NCBI GenBank assembly: GCA_023205875.1
Contig: CP060757.1
Span: 1-64,000 of the forward strand
Reading direction: 5' to 3'
Length of the DNA: 64,000 bases
DNA from: Chloropicon primus
Taxonomy: Eukaryota
Shown here: positions 1 to 9,417 of the stretch, piece after piece
How positions within the stretch are numbered: position 1 is the stretch's first letter
Layout of the letters: each line of letters begins with the position of its first letter
The notes under the pieces: model-generated
Told to the model about the DNA's origin: nothing
What the model saw: only the letters and a program-made list of their open reading frames with translations
Databases searched by the model: none
Program-made: the position numbers and the translations under genes

Positions 1-590
1 TAAACCTAAACCTAAACCCAAACCTAAACCCTAAAACCTAAAAACCCAAAACCCAAAACCTAAAAACCCAAAACCTAAAAACCCAAAACCTAAAACCCAA
101 AACCTAAAACCCAAAACCTAAAACCTAAAAACCTAAAACCTAAAACCTAAAAACCTAAAACCTAAAACCTAAAACCTAAAAACCTAAAACCTAAAAACCT
201 AAAACCTAAAACCTAAAACCTAAAACCTAAAACCTAAAACCTAAAACCTAAAACCTAAAACCTAAAACCTAAAAACCTAAAACCTAAAACCCAAACCTAA
301 AACCTAAAACCTAAAACCTAAAACCTAAAACCTAAAACCTAAAACCTAAAACCTAAAACCTAAAACCTAAAACCTAAAACCTAAAGGCCTGAGCCTGGGC
401 CCAAGGCCTGGGCCTGGGCCTGGGCCTGGGCCTGGGCCAAAACCTGGGCCTGGGCCTAAGGCCTGGGCCTAAGGCCTAAAACCTAAAACCTAAAACCTAA
501 AACCTAAAACCTAAAACCTAAAACCTAAAGCCTAAAACCTAAACCTAACACCTAAACCTACAAACCTACAAACCTACAAACCTAAACCTA
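1..590. repeat. Telomeric repeat array (CCTAAAA)n = (TTTTAGG)n, with variant units
   Basis: Dozens of tandem AAAACCT units run from base 1. Variants include AAAAACCT, AAAACCC, AAACCT, ACAAACCT and a GGGCCT island at 385-477. The C-rich strand is on +, as expected for a left chromosome end. Confidence 0.97.
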
Positions 591-1290
591 AGGAAGGAAG
601 TCCTGGCCAAGGAAAGGAGCCCGAGGACAAAAGAAGCCTAAGAGAAAGACACCGTCGCATCATCCAATTTTTCCGTGGTGCCTCCAAAGCACCGCGTTTC
701 CTAAAGCCTTGGGAGTCCTAAAACCTAACGCCTAAAAGGCCCTCTCGTGGGTCCGAAGTGCCTTGAGTAGGGTTTGCCCGAGGAAGGAAGGAAGGACGAC
801 CTGGCCAAGGAAAGGAGCAGGAGAACAAAAGAAGCCTAAGAGAAAGACACCGTCGCATCATCCAACCTTTCCGTGGTGCCTCCAAGTCACCGCGTTTCCT
901 AAAGCCTTGGGAGTCCTAAAACCTAACGCCTAAAAGGCCCTCTCGTGGGTCCGAAGTGCCTTGAGTAGGGTTTGCCCGAGGAAGGAAGGAAGGACGACCT
1001 GGCCAAGGAAAGGAGCAGGAGAACAAAAGAAGCCTAAGAGAAAGACACCGTCGCATCATCCAAGCTTTCCGTGGTGCCTCCGAGTCACCACGTTTCATAA
1101 AGCCTTGGGAGTCCTAAAACCTAACGCCTAAAAGGCCCTCTCGTGGGTCCGAAGTGCCTTGAGTAGGGTTTGCCCGAGGAAGGAAGGAAGGAAGTCCTGG
1201 CCAAGGAAAGGAGCCGGAGAACAAAAGAAGCCTGAGTGAAAGACACCGCCGCATCATACAAGCTTTCCGTGGTGCCTCCAGCCACCGCAC
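591..1290. repeat. Subtelomeric tandem satellite, 198-bp unit, about 3.5 copies
   Basis: The anchor GGGAGTCCTAAAACCTAACGCC recurs at 711, 909 and 1107 (period 198). Copies are nearly identical, with scattered substitutions. Confidence 0.95.
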
Positions 1291-2282
1291 TTTTTCTTTC
1301 TGGTATAAGTTTTAAGTGTGATCTGGGTTTTAGTCGGCCCTAAACCAGGTCGCATAAGACGACGGATTCCAGCAGAAGAGTGGATCAGGGTAAGGTTTAC
1401 GATTCAAACTCTTTATTCTCTGGTGCCCTCTATTGCACTCCACCCGGAACAGGTCTCTCCATCACGGACTCTATTCACACATCATCATCATCATCATCTA
1501 TGGAGGGCTGTGGTTTGGGTTTTAGTGGTCCGGCAGATGGACCTCTACAGGTTCAAGGACGACGGGAAGATACACCATATTACAAGAGTATCCAAATATA
1601 AAATACAAGCCCCTTCTGACAAAGTTTCACAGCCATCGGACACGAACTGGATCCGTCACTCCACTATTCGTACCAAAAAATAGGCCCCAAAATGGACAAT
1701 AAAGGCAACAGAATCACATAATACACACCTATTACACAATCAAGTCAGCATGAACCAAACCAAGAGGATCCAATCCACGAACAACTACCCACAGACACCT
1801 CTCGTTGCCTCCTCCCCTCTCCCACACTCCAGCATTGCCCCAAGAACACCTCTCCCCTCTCCCACCTCTCGACGCCAGTGCGAGGACCAAACCACACATC
1901 ATCTGGGCCCCTCCTCCCACTCATTGTCATCGATCAAGGCGACTGAGACCAACGCATTCCAAGGACCCCAATTGGACCCACAGAGACCCCCCAAACACCT
2001 GAAAACTAATCATCTGCCTCCCCGATGGCATCCTCGAGCCCCTCCTCAAGCCCTCCCTCAGCGCCCCAATGAGGTTCTCCAAGCCGAATCACAAAATGCC
2101 ACAAAAGCCACCGATGAAGCCAACACAGATGCATTCCCACGCCGCCACCGACATAGGAGCCCATGATCCATCCCTCCCCTCTCCCTCTCTCCCCCTCTGC
2201 CCCCCCCCCTTGGCCCCCTCCCCTCCCTCTAAACCACAGATAAGAAGATCTTCGTCGGAGGAGGTGTCTGAGCCACAGAATC

Positions 2283-3491
2283 ATGGAGGCCACGAGGAGT
2301 CGGAGTCGTCGTGTCACTCACGGCGGGGGAAGGGGCGAGGTGTCCCGGAGCCCTCCCCTCGTCCGCAACAAGGCCGCGAGACTTCTTGGTGGTGGCTCGA
2401 AAACAACCGCAACCCACCGCCGGGGCGCGGTCGAGGAGCCCAGCAGCAGCAGCAGCACGATGTTGCGTTTCGACTTTAGCGGCTCGAGCTCGAGCACGTC
2501 TGCCCTCTCCTCGCTGGTCTCCTCGCGCGCGTACAAGGGCTGGCTCCTGGACCAGTTTGGCGTCCTTCACGACGGGGAGTTCCCTCACGAGCACGCCAAG
2601 GACCTCGTGCGCGTCCTGGCCGAGGAGCAGGGTTGCGATTTGGTGATCCTCACCAACAGCGCGAGGCTGGCGCCCCACACCTTTGCGAGGCTGGAAAAGA
2701 TGGGGTTCAGGAGGGATTGGTTCCGAGGGGTGGCCACGAGCGGGGACGTGGCCCAGAGGGTGCTGGCCTTGCCACCCGGGGCGAGCGACGAGGCCCTGCT
2801 GCCCGCAGACCACCCCCTGTGGTCGGACCTGGACGTGGGCGAGCTAGGGGACGGCCCGGGGGGGAAGAGGAGGAGGAGGTGCCTGCACCTGCTGTGGAAG
2901 GAGCACGACAAGACCAACGGGATCGACCTGGAGGCCCTGGAGATCGACGTGACCGCGGACCCCGCGGAGGCAGACTTTGTTCTCGTGCACTGGTTCGACA
3001 CGGTCGCACAGGAGGACGGGTCCCTCAGGAGGGTGGGGGGCGAGGAGATTACCGAGCTGCTGAGGCAGTGCGCGGGGAGGGGCCTGCCCATGCTCGTCGC
3101 CAACCCCGACATTGTGGCCCACAAGGGGGACAAGCTCCTTCCGATGCCGGGGAGCCTCGCCGTGGAGTACAGCGAGCTCGGGTGCCCCGCGGAGAGAATC
3201 CACTTGCTCGGCAAGCCCTCGCCCATCGTGTACAACCTGGCCAAGGAAAAGTTCTTCGGACACCTGGACAAGAGCGAGATCATCGCTGTCGGGGACTCGC
3301 TGGAGCACGACATTCAGGGGGCCTGCACTTGGGAGATCGACTCCGCCTTCATCACGACGGGCATCCACTGCGACGCTTTGCAGGGCTGTGATATCCCGGA
3401 GGACGCCTGGTGCGACGCGGAGGAGCTGGAGAGGCTTTGCAAGGAGCACAACGCGGACCCCACCATCTGCTCAGAAATCTTTGGCCTTTGA
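2283..3491 (+). CDS. HAD-superfamily subfamily IIA hydrolase (TIGR01459-like), probable organelle transit peptide
   Basis: Motif I LLDQFGVLHDG, motif II ILTNS, ANPD, GKP and motif IV VGDSLEHDIQG are present. The N-terminus is Ser/Arg-rich. Confidence 0.88.
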   Translation: MEATRSRSRRVTHGGGRGEVSRSPPLVRNKAARLLGGGSKTTATHRRGAVEEPSSSSSTMLRFDFSGSSSSTSALSSLVSSRAYKGWLLDQFGVLHDGEFPHEHAKDLVRVLAEEQGCDLVILTNSARLAPHTFARLEKMGFRRDWFRGVATSGDVAQRVLALPPGASDEALLPADHPLWSDLDVGELGDGPGGKRRRRCLHLLWKEHDKTNGIDLEALEIDVTADPAEADFVLVHWFDTVAQEDGSLRRVGGEEITELLRQCAGRGLPMLVANPDIVAHKGDKLLPMPGSLAVEYSELGCPAERIHLLGKPSPIVYNLAKEKFFGHLDKSEIIAVGDSLEHDIQGACTWEIDSAFITTGIHCDALQGCDIPEDAWCDAEELERLCKEHNADPTICSEIFGL

Positions 3492-3563
3492 GGTTTTGAA
3501 AATCATCATCTTGTATTCATCTTGTATTTAGAACAACAACAACAGTTACAGTCCACGGCGGTC

Positions 3564-6500
3564 TCACTGACACGACCCTGGGTCGTTTGTTGCGGTGCAG
3601 GCGTAAGCGGTACCGTTGAAAGTCACCTCCTTGCAAGGGGAGTCGTCGCAGATGCAGGCCTCGCCGTCCACGGTAAGGTGTGATCCTGCAGGGCACTCGC
3701 ACTGGCCTCGGTCGCTCAGCGTGGCTCCCTCCGCATTGCACTCGCACTCCCCCTCGCTGTTCTTCTGGGTGAACGGCGGGAGGCACACGCACGCGTTGGA
3801 ATCCGGGGCATTGAGCCCTTGGTTATCCTTGGGACAAGTGCACGCGCCCTCCTCGAACTGGGCGTCCGGGGCGTTGCAGACGCACATCGAGTAGATGCCC
3901 GCGATGTCCATGAAGAAGGAGCTGGGCGGGCACTCGCACCTTCCGTCCACGAACGCCGCATTCCGGGTGTCGCACGTGCATTGGGGCTCGTGCCCCGAAT
4001 CGTCCAGCGTGGATCCTGCAGGGCACTCGCATGCGCTCTCAGTCTGAGATTTGACGACGACTTCCTGGTTGGGCACCTTGCAAAGGCACTGCCCGAACAC
4101 CTCCTCAGACCCGTCTGCAGCGCACACACACTCTTCGCCCTCGTCGTCCAGCTTGAACCCCGAGGGGCACACGCAGTCGGTGCCAGGGCCGTTCAGCCCT
4201 TGCCTTGGAACGGGGCACAGGCACAGGTCCTTGTTGTCCTCGTCCACGACCGCAGTCTCGGCGATGCACACACACTCGGTTCCGTTGGCGCTGAGCTTCT
4301 GGAACTCGGGGCATTCGCAAGTCCCGCTGCTGGTGAGAGACGAGGTTGGGGCGAGGCACGAGCAAGTCCTGTTGTCCGCGTTGATCTGCGTGAACTCCGG
4401 GCACTCGCAAGCGTTCAGGGAGGCGTCGAGCACCGCTGGGGAGATGCACTCCTGCATCACCTCCGCCTCCGGCTTGCAGGCGGTGCCGGCACTGTCCAGG
4501 ACCGTGCCTGGCTCACACACGCAGTGAAAGGTCACGGGATCTTGGACGAACCCGTCCTTGCAGATGCAGGCGTTGGTGTTGCTCAGATCGGCCTTGGTGT
4601 TGTCCGGGCCATCGCCCTCGCAGTCCCTGACGCACGGCGATGTGCTGTCATTGGGATTCTGGCGCACGTAACCACCCAGGCAAGTGCACTCCGCGCCTTT
4701 GTTGTCCAGCCTCTCGTTCTTGCCGCACTCGCTGTCGGGGCAGCCGTTCAAGCCATTGACCTGAAGGACCCCAGAGTCCCTGCCCTCCTCCATCTGCTTT
4801 TCGAGATCACAAGTCGTGCAGATCATCGCGTCTGGGCCAGCGATGCCGGGGGACAGCACGGGGGCCAAGCCGTACTCTGGAGCGCAAACACACTGGGTGT
4901 AATCATCGCTCAGCACGGTGTTCTTCCCCCCAAGCTGTGGAATGTACGTGCCCTTAAAGGTGTCTTGGTCGCACTTGAGGCACGCGGCGGTCCCGGGGCA
5001 CTTTTTCAGGAAGTCTCTCGTGTTCTTGGTGTCCGTTCTCCCGCAATTGTTCACGATCTGTTCGGAGAAGTCAAACCTCATGCCGTCGCACACAATGCAT
5101 CTGTCCAAGACCTGCACCTGGCAGTTCTGGATGGGCGGATACCTGGGATCTTCGCAATCTGTCTGGTCTTCCGTGGGCACCTTTCCGCTCGGGCAGAGCT
5201 CGCACTGCCTTCCCTGGTAAGAGAAGAATCCCGCTGGGCACTTCTCGCAGCCGTCAAGGGTGCCGTTCACCTGCTTTCCTGCGTCGCAGGGCTCGCACTT
5301 GGACTGGTCTGAGTTGGGAATCTGCCCCGTCGGGCAGTCTATACAGACGGGGCCAAGCTCCGTGGTGGAGAACTGGAAGGACGGGCACTGGACGCACATG
5401 GTTCTCGCCGCCATCCCGGACACCGGCTCGTTCTTCTCGTTGGCCTGAAACCCATCGCCGCACTGCTGGCACTCCGACTGGGTCGCGCTCCTCACGCGAC
5501 CGGTGGGACAAGCTTCGCATCCGTTTAATTGCGAATTGATCGTGAACCCCGGGTCGCAGACCACTTGCTCACAGGGGGAGTTTGGCCCACCCAGGCGAGC
5601 GTAGGGAATTTGGTTGCTTCCGTCGTTACAGTCGGGATCACCCCGGTCGAGGCAAACGCATTCGTTGTTCACGGGAATCAAGCACTGAAAAGCACTGGTT
5701 TTGCAAAAAAGCACCTTGTCCTCGCACACGACGCCGTTGCTGGTCTGGCCGCTCGGGCACGCCTCGCAAGTGTTGTTCTTGGTGTCCACGATGTAGTTTG
5801 CCTCACAGATGCACCCGGTCTGGTCGTTGTTCGGCTTGCCTTGGGGGCCAAGCTGCTCCTTGCAAGCCTCCGCGGTGAACTTGTCGATGCACTCACTCAG
5901 TTGTGCGTTGGGGATTTGACCGTCCTCGCACGCAACGCACAAGTTGAATCCGTCTCCCACCGAGCCGGCCGGGCACTGGAGGCACTGAGTGAACTGAAAG
6001 TTAGGCTCCGTCCCAACCGGACAATTGAGTTGGCACTCCCCCCCTTCCTCCTTGGTGTCCCCGGGACACTTGCAGACTCCCCCGTCTCCTCGCACCGAGC
6101 GAGCCACTTCACACTCGCACTTGAGGCCGCTCGCATCGACCCTTTCCCCTTCCGGGCACGGGGTGCAGCTTGTGCGGTCGGCGTTTGGAATGGAGCCCGC
6201 CGGGCAGGACTCGCAGGAGGTTCCGTCAGACACGGAGGCCCCGGAGCAAGGAATGCAGGTGGTTCCCTGAGTGGAGGGGTCGGGCTCCTCCCCGTGGGGG
6301 CATTCCGTCCTCACGGCCACGCAGCTGGTGCGGTCGTTGCCCACCGTTACCTGGCCGGTGGCGCACGGGGTGCAGCTCCCAGGGCCGGACATTTGCTTGA
6401 ACGAGTTCGCCGCGCAGGGCTGGCATTCACTCCCGACGACCTCCTGCCCCGCGGGGCAGGAGCTGGGCGGCGTCGGAGGCGGGTCGTAGCATCTGACTCT

Positions 6501-6674
6501 GTTGCTGCCCTCGGTGACTTGGTCCCCAGGGCACGCCGTGCACTTCCCGTCTCCCCTCTGGGGCTTGATGTAGTCCTCCCGGCACGCCGTGCAACGTCCG
6601 CCGGCAGTGCTCGCCTCCTCCCCGGCTGGGCAGACGCTCGGCTCCGGCTTGGGCTCCGGCTTGGGCTCCGGCTT

Positions 6675-6707
<33 letters not shown>

Positions 6708-7061
6708 GTGGAAGGAAGGTCGATGGAACCCGAACCCTCCGAATCCTCCACCCTCCGGGGATCGAAACGTCCTCGGCGTCGTCGTCCTCGCTGGCGTCGT
6801 CGTCCTCGCTGGCGTTGTCGTCCTCGCTCGCGTCCCCAACGGCGCGCGGGCGTTATAAGACCTCCCGAACCTTCCGAAGAGGAGGCGACGCCTCTTGATA
6901 GCGGAAGATGCGGCGTAGTCGGCCTGCACCCTCCAGTGCTGGACCTCCTCCTCCTGGTGGCTCGTCGTCCCGGGCATGGACGAGAAGACCGCCATCGTCA
7001 TCGTGGTGATGATGATGGCGACCACCACCACCGCCGTGACGGCAGCCAACTTCCTCCTCAT
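3564..7061 (-). CDS. Large secreted or surface cysteine-rich protein (GCC2/GCC3 ephrin-receptor-like and CxC repeats)
   Basis: The 1165-aa intronless ORF has an N-terminal hydrophobic signal or anchor, (RTTTPA)x3 and a PAPAPA/PKPEPKPEP hinge. Many CxxCPxG repeats follow, and the C-terminus has CxC repeats. A TGTAA-type poly(A) signal lies at 3546-3550 on the minus strand. Confidence 0.85.
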
Positions 7062-7114
7062 CCTGGTTCCTTGTTCCTGGTATGTCCTCGTGGCTTTGTC
7101 GAGGGTATCGCACG

Positions 7115-8460
7115 ATGGCCGTCGTCGCGGGCCTCCTTCCTCTTGTGTCCCCGCCGGCCCTCGCCGGCCCTCGCCGGCCCTGGTCCCGCCATTTTTCCTC
7201 GGCCGTTAATTTGCCAACGCGAGGTTTTGCCATGGCCCCTCCTGTCCATGGGTCCACCGCACCGGAGGAGAGAGAGAGAGAGAGAGAGAGAGACGAGCAC
7301 GAGCACGAGTCGTCGAGGGTCGAGATGGTGGGCAACGCGAGGGGAAGGGGGGCGAGGGCAACGCACTCGCCTTCTTCTCGGAAACTGCTGGCAGTGGTAA
7401 CGGGCGTAACGGGCGCGAACTCAACAAAAACAACACCAACACCAACACCAACGACACGTCGTCGTCGTCGTGGGGGTGACTCCCTTCTTCGGTCTGGGGC
7501 CGCTACGACGACGACGACGACGAGGGCGAACACGTCCTCGTTGTCGTGCCCGCTGTGCTCCCCGCAGAACTCGGCGGAGGACAGCGACTTTTTGTACTAT
7601 CCGGACGACGAGGATATTCCAGTGGCACTCTGCAAGTACGTGTACGGCTATCCGAGGGACTTCCACGAGCGGTACGAGGTGCTGGAGGAGCTCGGGAAAG
7701 GTGTGTCATCCATCCGCCCGTCCATCCATCTCAACTGAATTGAGCTGACTCCCCCCCTCTCTCTTTCTCTCTCCCCCTCCCTCCGTCTGAAGGTTCCTTC
7801 GGGGTCGTGCACCGCGTCGTGGACAGGGAGACGGGCGAGTTTTACGCGGCCAAGACGCTGCCCAAGTCGAGGCCCACGTGGACGGGAGGCATGGACGGAG
7901 GGATGAGGGAGGCCACGACCTCGACCTACCTCCTCAAGATTCAGTCGGAGGTGAATTTCTTGGCCCGGCTGAGCGACGTGGAGGAGGTGGTGCGCCTGGA
8001 GAAGGCGTGCGAGGACGACACGCACGTCCACCTGGTGATGGACCTGTGCGAGGGGGGGAGCCTTCGGCAGAGGATGGAGTCCGCGGGGAAGGGGGGGGCC
8101 GAGGCGTACCGGGCCCGGTTCACGGAGGAGAGGGTGAAGCAGGTCGTGCGGGGCATGATCAACATGCTGGTGAGGTGCCACGAGAGGGGGATCATCTACA
8201 GGGACATCAAGCCGGAGAACTTTCTCTTCACTCGCGAGGGGGGGTACGACCTCAAGGTGTCGGATTTCGGGCTGGCGATGACCTACATCGTGGGCGAGGA
8301 CGTCAACCTCACCAAGAGGGCGGGGACTCCGGTTTACATGGCTCCCGAGCTCGTCCTCCGGAGGTGAGTACCGAGTAGTAGTGCGATTGATGCGTGGCGG
8401 TGCCCTCCTTCTCTCTCTCTCCCTTTTCTTTTTTCGCTCTCGCCCTGACCCGTGCACGTA

Positions 8461-8495
<35 letters not shown>

Positions 8496-8786
8496 GAAAT
8501 CCAACCACGTGTTGTGTTGTCTAGGTACGACGAGAGGGCGGACTTGTGGTCGGCCGGGGTGCTCATGTACCAGCTCCTGAGCAACAAGCTGCCGCTCTGG
8601 GGTGGCAAGGTGCCCTTCACGGTGAGCCTCGACGACATCTTCTTCGACATTCTGATCAGAGACATCGACTTTGGTGCCTTGGGGTCCGAGGAGGCCGCAG
8701 ACTTGTGCAAGGGCCTTCTTTGCAGAGATCCCGAGCACCGGATCGACGCCGTGCAAGCCTCCCAGCACCCTTGGCTCAAGGTCTGA
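7115..8786 (+). CDS. Ser/Thr protein kinase (CAMK/CDPK-like kinase domain, no EF hands); 3 exons
   Basis: Exons 7115-7700, 7793-8363 and 8525-8786. GT-AG splicing restores GKGSFGVV and LRRYDERADLWSAG. Motifs AAK, YRDIKPEN, DFG and GTPVYMAPE are present. The start codon is uncertain (7082 is also in frame). Confidence 0.9.
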
Positions 8787-8826
8787 CGCCTTTAGGTACT
8801 ACGTGCGAGTAATGCTAGAGTAACGT

Positions 8827-8843
8827 CCCTAAAACCTAAACCT
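8827..8843 (+). repeat. Short interstitial telomere-like motif
   Basis: CCCTAAAACCTAAACCT lies just downstream of the kinase stop codon. Confidence 0.6.
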
Positions 8844-9417
8844 CTCTTTGGTTAGTACACACCCACCCACCCACCCCAATGTGCACCAATGTGTTTTGTG
8901 TTGGTTTCCACAACTTGTCATGCCATTCGCTGCCTCGTCTGTCCCCATCTCCCAAGAACACAAGCGACGGCGTTGTCCTCTTTCCTTCCTTCCTTCCTCT
9001 TTCCTTCCTCCAGATCTCCTCCCGTGCCGTGGGATTCATTATGACTCCTCGAGGCTTTCTTCCTCTCTCAATCCTAGGGAAAGATGGGAAGGTTCCGGGA
9101 AACGACACATCCAAGAGACAACCTGGAAGATAGGAAAGAGGAGGGACTTGGAAGGACAAGACGCAACCACGCAACCAGGCCCGGGGGGCCGAGGGCAAAC
9201 GCAGACCAGTTTGCAGAACACAACGCGCGACCCCGCACAAAAAACCTTGGCCTTGGCCTTGGCTTTGGGGTTTGGTTTGGTTTGGTGAACCAATAGGGGT
9301 GGGGTGGGGGCACAAGGTCGGACCTTGGAGCCCGCAGGACGGGCTTGAGCTCTTGGTTTGAGCTTGGTGGTGTTTTGTGACACCCAGAAACACCCAAAGA
9401 CGAGACAGACAGAGGAG

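Noticed and set aside
591..1290. Regularly spaced repeats resembling a CRISPR array
   Set aside because: Whole 198-bp units repeat with no unique spacers, there are no cas genes, and the context is eukaryotic.
1318..2166. Short subtelomeric ORFs (121, 73 and 138 aa)
   Set aside because: They have no recognisable motifs, lack the strong GC3 bias of real genes here, and are partly microsatellite-derived.
8827..8843. Possible telomerase RNA template (CCTAAAACC)
   Set aside because: I see no Pol III promoter, terminator or structural support. A short interstitial telomere motif explains it equally well.
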